Below, piece by piece: positions 47,527 through 56,137 of a stretch of 63,499 bases of DNA (its first letter is position 1; each line of letters begins with the position of its first letter). The stretch spans positions 1 to 63,499 of the forward strand of contig CAYJDY010000001.1 in the NCBI GenBank assembly GCA_964369045.1. The letters run 5' to 3'. The position numbers were made by a program, and so were the translations under genes. The DNA comes from an uncultured Candidatus Saccharibacteria bacterium (GTDB taxonomy: Bacteria; Patescibacteriota; Saccharimonadia; Saccharimonadales; AWTP1-31). A model generated the notes under the pieces. That model was given only the letters and a program-made list of their open reading frames with translations. It ran no database searches and was not told the DNA's origin.

Positions 47527-47543
47527 TTTGGTATGATGTAGGT

Positions 47544-48029
47544 ATGCCTAAAAAGCTTAAGTTAGTTGTCGTCGGCTTGATCATACTTATTTCTTTTGGC
47601 TCTGTTTACTTTTTTGCTACTAGAGGTAATCAAGAAAATTCGCAGCCGAACTCAACTAGCCCGACACTCTCTAATGAGTCGAGTACTCCCAGCACACCCA
47701 CCGCTAGCGCCACAGACCCAGCTCCAGGAACATACTTAGAATACTCGGAAGACTTACTGGCGACTACAAAGGACACAAAGATTCTCTTCTTTCACGCTCC
47801 TTGGTGTTCGCAATGTAGGGCTTTAGAAAGTAGCATCAAAAGCGGCACTATCCCAAATAACGTGACCATCTTTAAAGTGGATTACGATTCAAATAATAGG
47901 CTTCGACAAAAATATGGTGTTACAATTCAAACTACACTGGTAAAAATAAGTGATACTGGTGATGAGTTGAAGAAGTTTGTTGCATATGACGATCCTAGTT
48001 TGTCGGCAATAACTAAAGAATTACTCTGA
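47544..48029 (+). CDS. Membrane-anchored thioredoxin-like protein
   Basis: N-terminal TM helix, Ser/Thr/Pro linker, and WCSQC redox motif in FFHAPWCSQCRALE. Start moved to 47544 because the listed N-terminal extension spans a terminator. Confidence 0.75.
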   Translation: MPKKLKLVVVGLIILISFGSVYFFATRGNQENSQPNSTSPTLSNESSTPSTPTASATDPAPGTYLEYSEDLLATTKDTKILFFHAPWCSQCRALESSIKSGTIPNNVTIFKVDYDSNNRLRQKYGVTIQTTLVKISDTGDELKKFVAYDDPSLSAITKELL

Positions 48030-48757
48030 TGCATCTTCTTGTTGTTTCATTCCTTGCAGGCATCCTCACGGCAGCAGCGCCGTGTATTTTGCCATTGTTG
48101 CCGGTTATTATTGGGGGAACTTTACCCGATGAGAAAAAGAGCAACCAGTGGTACAAGCCACTTGTTGTAGTTGTGAGCCTGGCGGCTTCGGTCGTGGTTT
48201 TCTCGTTACTGCTCAAGGCAACAACCGCCTTCCTTGGTGTACCTCAATTTGTCTGGAATGTGATATCTGGGATCATTGTACTCACACTAGGTTTAAGCAT
48301 GCTTTTCCCCCGTGTTTGGGAAAAGATTGCATTACAGACTGGGTTGTACCTGAAATCTAACGAACTGATGCAGTACTCAACAAAAAAACGCGGACTTACT
48401 AGGGATGTTCTAATAGGTGCATCGCTCGGACCAGTCTTTTCGAGTTGCAGTCCGACCTATGCATTGATCGTGGCTGTCATCTTGCCCCAATCTTTCGCGA
48501 AGGGGTTTATATATCTGATTGCCTATGCGCTTGGTTTGGCATCTATTCTTTTACTTATCGCTCTGGCTGGGCGGACAATTACTAGTCGAATGGGTTGGTT
48601 AAGTAACCCATCAGGGAATTTCAAAAAAGTAATCGGCGTGTTATTTCTGATAGTCGGCATAGCTGTGCTGACGGGATATGATCGTAAGCTTCAGACATAT
48701 GTTTTGGAGCAAGGTTGGTATGACCCAATAATGAAGATCGAGCAGACATTAGAATAG
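48029..48757 (+). CDS. ccdA: Cytochrome c biogenesis / thiol-disulfide electron transporter CcdA (DsbD family)
   Basis: 6 TM helices. Conserved Cys in AAAPCILPLLPV and in FSSCSPTY. Confidence 0.75.
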   Translation: MHLLVVSFLAGILTAAAPCILPLLPVIIGGTLPDEKKSNQWYKPLVVVVSLAASVVVFSLLLKATTAFLGVPQFVWNVISGIIVLTLGLSMLFPRVWEKIALQTGLYLKSNELMQYSTKKRGLTRDVLIGASLGPVFSSCSPTYALIVAVILPQSFAKGFIYLIAYALGLASILLLIALAGRTITSRMGWLSNPSGNFKKVIGVLFLIVGIAVLTGYDRKLQTYVLEQGWYDPIMKIEQTLE

Positions 48758-48786
48758 TTCCAATAGAGTCCACGATGGACCTCCAA
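48754..48786 (+). repeat. 33-nt direct repeat, copy B (ATAGTTCCAATAGAGTCCACGATGGACCTCCAA)
   Basis: Pairs with 47454..47486. Contains the ccdA stop codon. Confidence 0.8.
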
Positions 48787-48840
48787 GCATAGGCAATATG
48801 AAAGCCTTCTTCGGGAGTATTATTTGTTATAGTGTTTAAC

Positions 48841-49389
48841 ATGTCTGTCGAACTAGCTTTTCCGGATAACCCTCTCGTTGAAGCCATTTGCGAATCTCCC
48901 GCATTGGACTTGCAATCACAACAACGCCAAACAATCTTGGCAGGTATTATAGAAAACGACTTTAGTCGTGAGGCGCTATCCAATAGACTCCAGTTGGTCA
49001 CTGGTACCGTACGCAGCCGTATGCGCACCATTCATCAGCGACTTGGTACCAAAAGCGCGGCGCAAGTACTTGACACTGTCTTTTCAACACTTGCAGTACA
49101 CGAACTATCCGACGCAGAAATTAATCAAGGACTGCGTGACATAAAGTCTCCTGAAGTTAGTGACATAAGTTTATTTCAAGTAGAGGTTGATGCCATACGC
49201 TTCACTGCATCCGCAGGAAGCTGCAAAGATGCCGCAATAATTTTAGGCAAAACAGAGGGTACCGTCAGAAACCAGCTTGCAGAAACATACGATAGGCTGT
49301 GCGCAACTACGCCCAAGTACCTGCGGAGCCTGCCTCTTGCCTACCTGACTCTTCGAAAACTAGATATACTACCCGTCGGCACTGAATAA
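48841..49389 (+). CDS. Protein with two LuxR/GerE-like HTH repeats
   Basis: Two segments resemble GerE HTH: SREALSNRLQLVTGTVRSRMRTIHQRLG and CKDAAIILGKTEGTVRNQLAETYDRL. Confidence 0.4.
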   Translation: MSVELAFPDNPLVEAICESPALDLQSQQRQTILAGIIENDFSREALSNRLQLVTGTVRSRMRTIHQRLGTKSAAQVLDTVFSTLAVHELSDAEINQGLRDIKSPEVSDISLFQVEVDAIRFTASAGSCKDAAIILGKTEGTVRNQLAETYDRLCATTPKYLRSLPLAYLTLRKLDILPVGTE

Positions 49390-49408
49390 TTAATGTTATC
49401 CTTAGTTC

Positions 49409-49843
49409 ATGAAACGAAGCGCAAGTGTTTTTAATTCGAAACAATTGTTGTTCAAAGAGGTCTTTGTTGGGACCCTGATTTATGCTGTTGTACTTGCATT
49501 CTTTAACGACTATACGTCGCTCGTATATGCCAAAAGCTTCTCAACCATTTTTTACGCATCAATAGTATTGGAGGTGCTTACGTATCTTGCGTTATTTCTG
49601 AAAGATACGATCATAAAATCACTCATAGGCAAAACGGCTGTTGTATATCGAATAGTAATGTTCTTTTGCGTATGGTTGGTTATGTTTATATCGAAGTTTA
49701 TTTTTGTCTGGGTAATTGACTTGATATTTGGTAGTTACATAAATATTAAGGGCTTCTTTGGAATACTAAGCGTAGTCGTAATCGTAACACTGACGCATAA
49801 AGTAGCTGACAGAATTTTTATAATGCTCGGCGACAATAAGTAG
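49409..49843 (+). CDS. Hypothetical membrane protein
   Basis: 4 TM helices. No motif recognised. Confidence 0.45.
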   Translation: MKRSASVFNSKQLLFKEVFVGTLIYAVVLAFFNDYTSLVYAKSFSTIFYASIVLEVLTYLALFLKDTIIKSLIGKTAVVYRIVMFFCVWLVMFISKFIFVWVIDLIFGSYINIKGFFGILSVVVIVTLTHKVADRIFIMLGDNK

Positions 49844-49929
49844 ACATTCAATCCCCAGGAGGAAGTAACACGAGTACCGCTATTGAGCTATTGATTTAAG
49901 TATACTTATGTTGTACAGTATATGACTCA

Positions 49930-50580
49930 ATGTCTATAGAGTTTGTTACACCAGATATGATTGCGGTCAACGGGTATGTTGCGGAAATACGAGACACGCG
50001 TGCACCTGATATTTTTGATGTTCAGACAACAGCGCATAATGCAGCCTTGCAGGCTACCTATGCAAATACGTTACAGGATATGGAAATTGACCTGCATCGT
50101 GGCACACTACCACTAGTTCAAATCGATCCAGTGGCAGCTGCATATCAACAGATACCACGCCTTATAGATCTAGCACAAAAAGCAGCCAATGAACATGCCG
50201 TATCTTACCGGGGCTTTAATGTTGGAGCATCGGCGTATGTAGTATCCACAGAACATCAGCGAGCCGGCTTTCTGTTTGGCGGTAATCTAACTCCGTACAA
50301 AGGCGCCCCAAAACGATGCGCTGAGCTTGAGGTAGTCACCAAAGCAAGGCAACGTGGCTTTGATCGTGTTGTCGCACTGGCTACTTTCGGCCCTTCAGAC
50401 TACGGTGATGTGAATGCCGTCCAGAGTCCAACACTTCATCCGTGCGCGGAATGTCGCACCATGCTTAACGATGAGCCAATAGTTCCAGACGACACGCTCA
50501 TCATCACGGGTAACGAAAAGGGCGATGTTGAGCTCATGCTCAAGAGTGAACTCTTAGCGCTACACACGCCTCTGAAATAG
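49930..50580 (+). CDS. Cytidine-deaminase-fold protein with about 75-aa N-terminal extension
   Basis: Zn-ligand motifs CAE (KRCAELEV) and PCxxC (HPCAECRTML). FNVGASA block resembles Cdd. Confidence 0.55.
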   Translation: MSIEFVTPDMIAVNGYVAEIRDTRAPDIFDVQTTAHNAALQATYANTLQDMEIDLHRGTLPLVQIDPVAAAYQQIPRLIDLAQKAANEHAVSYRGFNVGASAYVVSTEHQRAGFLFGGNLTPYKGAPKRCAELEVVTKARQRGFDRVVALATFGPSDYGDVNAVQSPTLHPCAECRTMLNDEPIVPDDTLIITGNEKGDVELMLKSELLALHTPLK

Positions 50581-50643
50581 TCAGTTTTATTCCTGTTCTG
50601 CTATGATTAATCTAAAGACGTATTAATTAAAAGGAGTATAAAA

Positions 50644-51057
50644 ATGTTGGAAATTACGGGAACAAATTTCTGGGCCGTGGCAGTGGTCTGGTTTGTGTAT
50701 GTAGTGGTTGGAGCGTACTGGTACTCGCCAGCCGGCTTTTCTAAACAGTGGACTAGGCACACCGGCATCGACATCATGAAGATGCCAAAAAAAGATGCGA
50801 ATAACGCCATTGGCTTTGTCGCCCTATCTGCTTTTGTTCAAGCCCTAACACTGGGTGTTGTCCTGAACTCACTTGCTGTAACTACGGCCATGAGTGGGCT
50901 TGTTACTGGATTAGTATTGTGGCTTGGCCTCACAGCCGCAACTACAGTCGGTGTTACATTATATTCAAGAAAAAGCTGGAAATTCCTTTGGCTCAACACT
51001 AGTTACTTCTTGGTTGTGATGACTATCGGCTCTGTGATTCTTGCTATTTGGCAGTAG
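50644..51057 (+). CDS. DUF1761-like membrane protein
   Basis: N-terminus ...VVGAYWYSPAGFSKQW and 4 TM helices. AAGGAG RBS. Confidence 0.5.
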   Translation: MLEITGTNFWAVAVVWFVYVVVGAYWYSPAGFSKQWTRHTGIDIMKMPKKDANNAIGFVALSAFVQALTLGVVLNSLAVTTAMSGLVTGLVLWLGLTAATTVGVTLYSRKSWKFLWLNTSYFLVVMTIGSVILAIWQ

Positions 51058-51103
51058 ATAACTTACTTATGCTTGCATAAATACGAGTGCATAAGTAATC
51101 TAA

Positions 51104-51664
51104 ATGAATATGTTGCAGCCCGCATCTAACCAAGAGTTCCTTGTTGGAATTTACAGAAACACCCCAGAACAACTTCCTTGGTTGAGTGCCATAGCTGATG
51201 TGGCTTCAGGTTTGGAGTGTGATATAAAAATGTTAGCACCAGATAAAGTACGACTGCATTTGTATGGGCGCAGGGAACTGGGAAGTTTATCGATTGGTAG
51301 TTTTACCGAAGCAGAGGAACTGCGCAAAGAGCTTCTGGATAGTGTCACTCCAAGCTTTCACGACGAGGTACCAGTTGAGATAGCTGGGCTTGTTATAGAT
51401 CAAATCGGCCATAGTGGACCTCGTTCGCTCATGATGTGCACTAAACCTGTCCCGACTTTAGTCCGTGAGCGTGACGATATGATGCAGGTACTTCCGTGGC
51501 CCGACTGTGATACTGAAACAGAGCATGCAAAAATGAAATTTCGCCTGCGCCTTGGCGCGGTCCTCTCGGGTACGATATCGCCACGTGACCTTCAGGAAAA
51601 ATTACGTCCAGCTGCCCCTAAGAATCTTAGATTGCAAAAAGGCAAAGTCAAGACCGTACAGTAG
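51104..51664 (+). CDS. Hypothetical protein
   Basis: 186-aa ORF. No motif recognised. Confidence 0.45.
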   Translation: MNMLQPASNQEFLVGIYRNTPEQLPWLSAIADVASGLECDIKMLAPDKVRLHLYGRRELGSLSIGSFTEAEELRKELLDSVTPSFHDEVPVEIAGLVIDQIGHSGPRSLMMCTKPVPTLVRERDDMMQVLPWPDCDTETEHAKMKFRLRLGAVLSGTISPRDLQEKLRPAAPKNLRLQKGKVKTVQ

Positions 51665-51704
51665 TTCTCGTATAGTAATCGCCAAAATTTGGTAACATTA
51701 GTGT

Positions 51705-52028
51705 ATGGCACAAAAATCAAAATATATAAAAATCTCACTGGCGGAATATAAGAAGCTGTTACCTAACGAATGGCGATCAAAATTTGATAAGCTCATTGTT
51801 ATTCTGGGACTCGTTAATGTCGCTGCAACCGTTCCACAGCTGTATGAAATGTGGAATACTAGGGATGCTGGCGGTGTTTCGATATTGACGTGGGCCTACT
51901 ACGTTGTTTTTACGGCTATTCTCTTGGTGTATGCCATCCTTATAAAGTCAAAACCCATGACTATTATGTATACCGGCAATACCATCGTCTATAGTCTCGT
52001 ACTAGCGAGTGCAATCATTCTGAAGTAG
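51705..52028 (+). CDS. SemiSWEET / PQ-loop family 3-TM transporter
   Basis: 107 aa with 3 TM helices and a PQ motif in TM1 (AATVPQLYEMW). Confidence 0.55.
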   Translation: MAQKSKYIKISLAEYKKLLPNEWRSKFDKLIVILGLVNVAATVPQLYEMWNTRDAGGVSILTWAYYVVFTAILLVYAILIKSKPMTIMYTGNTIVYSLVLASAIILK

Positions 52029-52051
52029 AGTGTTAATAAAAGAGGAGCAGC

Positions 52052-52330
52052 ATGTCATTCCAAGCATATCTAGATAATATCGAGGATAAAACGGGTAAAA
52101 CACCAAATGAATTCATCGCACTAGCAAAAGAAAAAGGCTTTAACGAGCATACAAAGTCAGGTGACATTGTGCAGTGGCTGAAAGATGATTTTGATCTTGG
52201 TCGTGGGCACGCTACGGCCTTGGTGCACGTTATAAAGAATGGCCCAAAGATTAGTGATAAACATGTTGGCACAGCTGGGCCACACAGTGACACCTCTGAT
52301 ACATTAAAGCTCGACGGTAAGAACAGATAG
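52052..52330 (+). CDS. DUF4287-like protein
   Basis: MSFQAYLDNIEDKTGKTP...GHATALV pattern. GAGGAG RBS. Confidence 0.55.
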   Translation: MSFQAYLDNIEDKTGKTPNEFIALAKEKGFNEHTKSGDIVQWLKDDFDLGRGHATALVHVIKNGPKISDKHVGTAGPHSDTSDTLKLDGKNR

Positions 52331-52372
52331 TTAAAGTTTAGACAAAACAACCCTGGTTGCTACAATGCGTAC

Positions 52373-52771
52373 ATGAAAGTTGTAGGTTGCTTTTTAGAGT
52401 ATGATGGTAGGTTTCTGATTTTGCTCCGGCACAGCAACAAACCTGCAGGTGATACGTGGGGCTTACCTGCTGGAAAAGTCGAGCCTGGTGAAACCGGGCA
52501 AGGAGCCATTATTAGAGAGGTTAGAGAAGAAACGGGATATCCAGCCGAAGAGCGAGAGCTCGAAAATCTCGGTACGTACGATTTTGATAACGAAAGAACC
52601 TATAGTTTTGTTACGTATCGGATTAAGCCCAGCAAACTACCAGATATCATCCTGGAGGACGGGGCGCACACTGATTACATGTGGGTGACTGCACAGGAAT
52701 GCTTGGCAATGAAAAACTTGATCCCAGACTTCCCTGAGTTACTTCAGTTAACCGGGTACGTGAACGTCTAA
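52373..52771 (+). CDS. NUDIX hydrolase
   Basis: Nudix box GKVEPGETGQGAIIREVREETGY. Confidence 0.85.
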   Translation: MKVVGCFLEYDGRFLILLRHSNKPAGDTWGLPAGKVEPGETGQGAIIREVREETGYPAEERELENLGTYDFDNERTYSFVTYRIKPSKLPDIILEDGAHTDYMWVTAQECLAMKNLIPDFPELLQLTGYVNV

Positions 52772-52789
52772 TTTGGTATTATAAAGTCA

Positions 52790-53383
52790 ATGAATGAAAT
52801 CCTAGGTTACCTTATTGGAATAATTTTGGTCGTTGGATTTATTCCGTACTTCCGTGATATTTTGAAAGGCACCACCAAACCCGAGCGAGCGAGCTGGCTA
52901 ATATGGAGCGTATTAACAACCATCGCCTTCTTCTCTCAGCTTGCCTCAGGTGCTGGCTGGTCGCTGATGCTTACCGGCGTGGATACATTGGTTGTCATCC
53001 TGATATTCTTGCTATCAATAAAATACGGGGTTGGCGGCGTCACCAGGCGCGACAAACTATCACTCGTGTTCGCTGCGATAGGACTGTTAGTATGGTATAT
53101 AACTAATTCTCCAACTATAGCATTAGTCCTTATTATCGCCATTGATGCCGTCGGAGCATACTTAACAGTATACAAAACGTACAAAGACCCAGATACAGAG
53201 ACAACGTTTTCTTGGGTCATGACGAGTATTGCTGGATTTTTGGCGATAGTTATTGTTGGAGAATGGAATGTCTCGCTAATAATTTATCCATTTTATATTT
53301 TTATTGCCAATTCCACTGTGGTTGCAACGATTTTGATCGCAAAGTATCAACGTAAACAAATAGAGAAGAGCCATGCTCGGTAA
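52790..53383 (+). CDS. Hypothetical 6-TM membrane protein with apparent internal 3-TM duplication
   Basis: The two halves each carry a loop of the type (Y/F)..(K/T).K.P(E/D).(A/T)S/FSW after the first helix. Confidence 0.4.
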   Translation: MNEILGYLIGIILVVGFIPYFRDILKGTTKPERASWLIWSVLTTIAFFSQLASGAGWSLMLTGVDTLVVILIFLLSIKYGVGGVTRRDKLSLVFAAIGLLVWYITNSPTIALVLIIAIDAVGAYLTVYKTYKDPDTETTFSWVMTSIAGFLAIVIVGEWNVSLIIYPFYIFIANSTVVATILIAKYQRKQIEKSHAR

Positions 53384-53840
53384 TATTATCAAAATTGCAT
53401 TTTTGTGCATCGTGGTTGGAAGTGCGTCGATCCCTATAAGCTTCACCATAAATAGTTCACCAATGGTGGTATGGGTTGGTAATGCGCTCGGTTCACTTCT
53501 ATCAGCCTTTGTAGTGATCTATATTGGCGACAGGCTTACCGACAAGCGCTTTATGGAAAGAATGAGTAAACATCGTGCAACTCGTAAGATCGAAAAAGTT
53601 TTTGACCAAAAAGAAGAAAGTAAGAAGACACAAAAAGCACAGTCATTTATTAACAAACATGGGCTTCGAATATTCTCTCTGCTCTGCCCAATTTTTCCAG
53701 GCGTGTTGTTATCTACGTCGGTAGTATATATACTTGGGCTCGATCGTAAAACCTACAAGCGCTGGATGCTTACAGGTGTAGTGTTCATCAGCGGTGCTTA
53801 CGTATATGCCTATTGGTGGATGTTTGTTCGAGTAGTTTAA
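53373..53840 (+). CDS. Hypothetical membrane protein
   Basis: 4 TM helices with a basic central loop. Overlaps the previous gene by 11 nt. Confidence 0.45.
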   Translation: MLGNIIKIAFLCIVVGSASIPISFTINSSPMVVWVGNALGSLLSAFVVIYIGDRLTDKRFMERMSKHRATRKIEKVFDQKEESKKTQKAQSFINKHGLRIFSLLCPIFPGVLLSTSVVYILGLDRKTYKRWMLTGVVFISGAYVYAYWWMFVRVV

Positions 53841-54637
53841 GCTTTGGAATTGACGATTGTCGTACCAACAGCCTCACCAGTTTCGAGATCGATTGCCCTG
53901 ACAGCAAGTGAGACAACATTCTCGCTGTTGAGCGTATTCCACAACATATGAGCTGTATCAACTGTGTTTCTTCCGAAGGGGATAGCCCATGGTTCTCGAT
54001 CGAATGATGGTAGGGGGTTACCGTTTCCATTGTAGGTCTGGACACCAAAGCCTACACCAGATTCCAGCTCATCAAGATCTGTGGTATAAACGGCGTAGTC
54101 AGGTTCACCGGTCTCTTGGTTTTTCGATACCACAGCGAGCCCAAAGGGTGTAGGCGTAGATGGGCGTAGATCTATAACGCCAGTAATTCGCGGTGTGAAG
54201 TTAGGGCTGTCTGGCTCGTATGCGGCCAGATCGATATCCTCGAGATCGGTACCTTTGACGGTTGGCGCTTGACGCGCCGCCTCTTCGAGCGAGAATCCGT
54301 ACAAAATATCGTCCAGAATAGGGTCGGTTTGTGCACCGTTCGAGACAACGTGTACATTACCAACGCTCCCTAGCGCTCGATAAAATATGAGATTTGAATT
54401 TTTGGTGGCTGCCATTTCCTCGGGAGTTTTTCGCGGAGCTGTAGTGCGAATAGATGTACCATCTTGTACGAAGATTCTGTCGCGTGATTCCTCGCTGCGA
54501 CCCATAATAGCGTAGGCTTGCAGAGCTATATCTCCATCCAACCCAATGCCCATCATTGCCACACGTCCTGGATATTCATTACTACGTAGATCAGATAACC
54601 CTGATCCTAAATCCCGATTTTGACTCCATTCCGACAT
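53837..54637 (-). CDS. IMP cyclohydrolase-like protein (PurO-type)
   Basis: YPGRVAMMGIGLDGDIALQAYAIMGRSEESRDRIF resembles the PurO-family N-terminal signature (..YPGRG...GRSENSRNR..), recalled from memory. Confidence 0.5.
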   Translation of the reverse strand: MSEWSQNRDLGSGLSDLRSNEYPGRVAMMGIGLDGDIALQAYAIMGRSEESRDRIFVQDGTSIRTTAPRKTPEEMAATKNSNLIFYRALGSVGNVHVVSNGAQTDPILDDILYGFSLEEAARQAPTVKGTDLEDIDLAAYEPDSPNFTPRITGVIDLRPSTPTPFGLAVVSKNQETGEPDYAVYTTDLDELESGVGFGVQTYNGNGNPLPSFDREPWAIPFGRNTVDTAHMLWNTLNSENVVSLAVRAIDLETGEAVGTTIVNSKA

Positions 54638-54717
54638 GATTTCTCCTTCAAATTAGCTATTGAAATCAAGTATCGTCGTCATCTACCAGTTTTGCAAGAA
54701 TAAGAAATACAACGCGT

Positions 54718-55653
54718 CTATTTAATCTCTATCACAATCTTGCCACGTACGGTTCCACCTTCGCGGGCTTCGAAGGCTGTTTTGATGTCAGATAATGGAA
54801 AGACTTTGTCTACGTGTGGGGTTACAATCTTATCTTCAATAAGTTTTGTCAGTTCATCGAGCGCTTCGGTCGTAACATGTGTACTCTGGGTGATCGCCGT
54901 AACAGCGTGCTCTTTGGCTTTTGCGTCGTCTGCGTGTGCAATCATTGATACTGCAATACCACCTTGCTTAAGTACGGTTAACGTCTTATCGAAGTCGTCA
55001 CCACCAACAGTATCGAATACTGCATCGTAGTCTTTAATTTCTTGCACAAAATCGGACGCCTTGTAATCAATTACTGTGTCAGCACCTAGCTTTTTAACGT
55101 AATCAATGCGCTCACCGGTAGCAGTTGTTGCGACAAACGCACCGATACTTTTAGCAATCTGAATTGCAACTGTTCCGATTCCGCCGGCTCCACCATGAAT
55201 AAATATCTTCTGGCCAGACTGAAGGTTAATGTGTTCTTTTATCGCCTGTAGGGCACTTACTCCAACCAAGGGAAGAGAAGCAGCAGTCTTGTAGTCTAGA
55301 TTCTCTGGCATTTTTGCAACCTGGGTGGCGATTGTCACGCTAAACTGAGCGAATGCTCCGCTATTTCCTGCAACAACATTTGCCTGGCCGTAGACTTTGT
55401 CTCCGACAGATAGTGTTGTTACGCCCTCCCCAAGTTCAGAGACCACGCCGGCGATATCGCCGCCAAGTGTTACGGGAAAGGTCAGGGGGATCATCTCCTT
55501 CATATATCCAGCACGTATTGCTGTATCGAATGGGTTCAGGCTAGAAGCATGTACCTCAACTAAAACTTGCCCCTCTTTTGGCACTGGCTTATCGATCTCA
55601 TCGACTGTTATAACTGATGTATCACCATATTCATTAATTTGCGCTGCCCTCAT
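54718..55653 (-). CDS. NADPH:quinone oxidoreductase / zeta-crystallin-like MDR dehydrogenase
   Basis: GroES-like N-domain and Rossmann motif HGGAGGIGTVAIQIAK. Confidence 0.8.
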   Translation of the reverse strand: MRAAQINEYGDTSVITVDEIDKPVPKEGQVLVEVHASSLNPFDTAIRAGYMKEMIPLTFPVTLGGDIAGVVSELGEGVTTLSVGDKVYGQANVVAGNSGAFAQFSVTIATQVAKMPENLDYKTAASLPLVGVSALQAIKEHINLQSGQKIFIHGGAGGIGTVAIQIAKSIGAFVATTATGERIDYVKKLGADTVIDYKASDFVQEIKDYDAVFDTVGGDDFDKTLTVLKQGGIAVSMIAHADDAKAKEHAVTAITQSTHVTTEALDELTKLIEDKIVTPHVDKVFPLSDIKTAFEAREGGTVRGKIVIEIK

Positions 55654-55736
55654 TAGTGTTTCCCCTCTATTAGTGCTATAATTTATGTAGTAACAATAGT
55701 ATAGGTCACTATAATTTTTATAGCAAATATAATTCT

Positions 55737-56057
55737 ATGAACAGTACAAGCACCTCATCTACAACCTGTATTAGCACCATGAAACTCCTCGGTGACTACT
55801 GGACGCTGCGCATTATCGACACGTTAAAATCCGGTGAAACCCGGTTTTGCGATTTACAACGAAGCATCGACAACGTCAACCCCGTTACGCTCACCAGTCG
55901 GTTAAAAAAGCTTGAGACTGCGCACTTGATTGTTCGCAGTGAAAAGTTGCCTGATAAAATCGCTGTCTCGTATTCATTATCCAATCTCGGTCGAGAAGTC
56001 TTGCCAGTCATCATGGCGCTCGATCAGTTTTCGGTCAAGGCCAAAGTAACCGCCTAA
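55737..56057 (+). CDS. HxlR-family transcriptional regulator
   Basis: LLGDYWTLRII..L..GETRFCDLQRSI..VNPVTLTSRLKKLE. Divergent from the oxidoreductase gene, which is the usual arrangement. Confidence 0.85.
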   Translation: MNSTSTSSTTCISTMKLLGDYWTLRIIDTLKSGETRFCDLQRSIDNVNPVTLTSRLKKLETAHLIVRSEKLPDKIAVSYSLSNLGREVLPVIMALDQFSVKAKVTA

Positions 56058-56137
56058 AATAGCATAAGCTTCTCTGATACAATTAATCTTATGGTTAGTA
56101 TTACAACTTTGTCATCAAGGCAATGTAAAGGGACGCA

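Noticed and set aside
47475-47543. N-terminal extension of the thioredoxin-like ORF
   Set aside because: It contains the 33-nt repeat and a stem-loop with T-tract terminator. The MPKKLKLVVVGL signal-anchor starts at the 47544 ATG.
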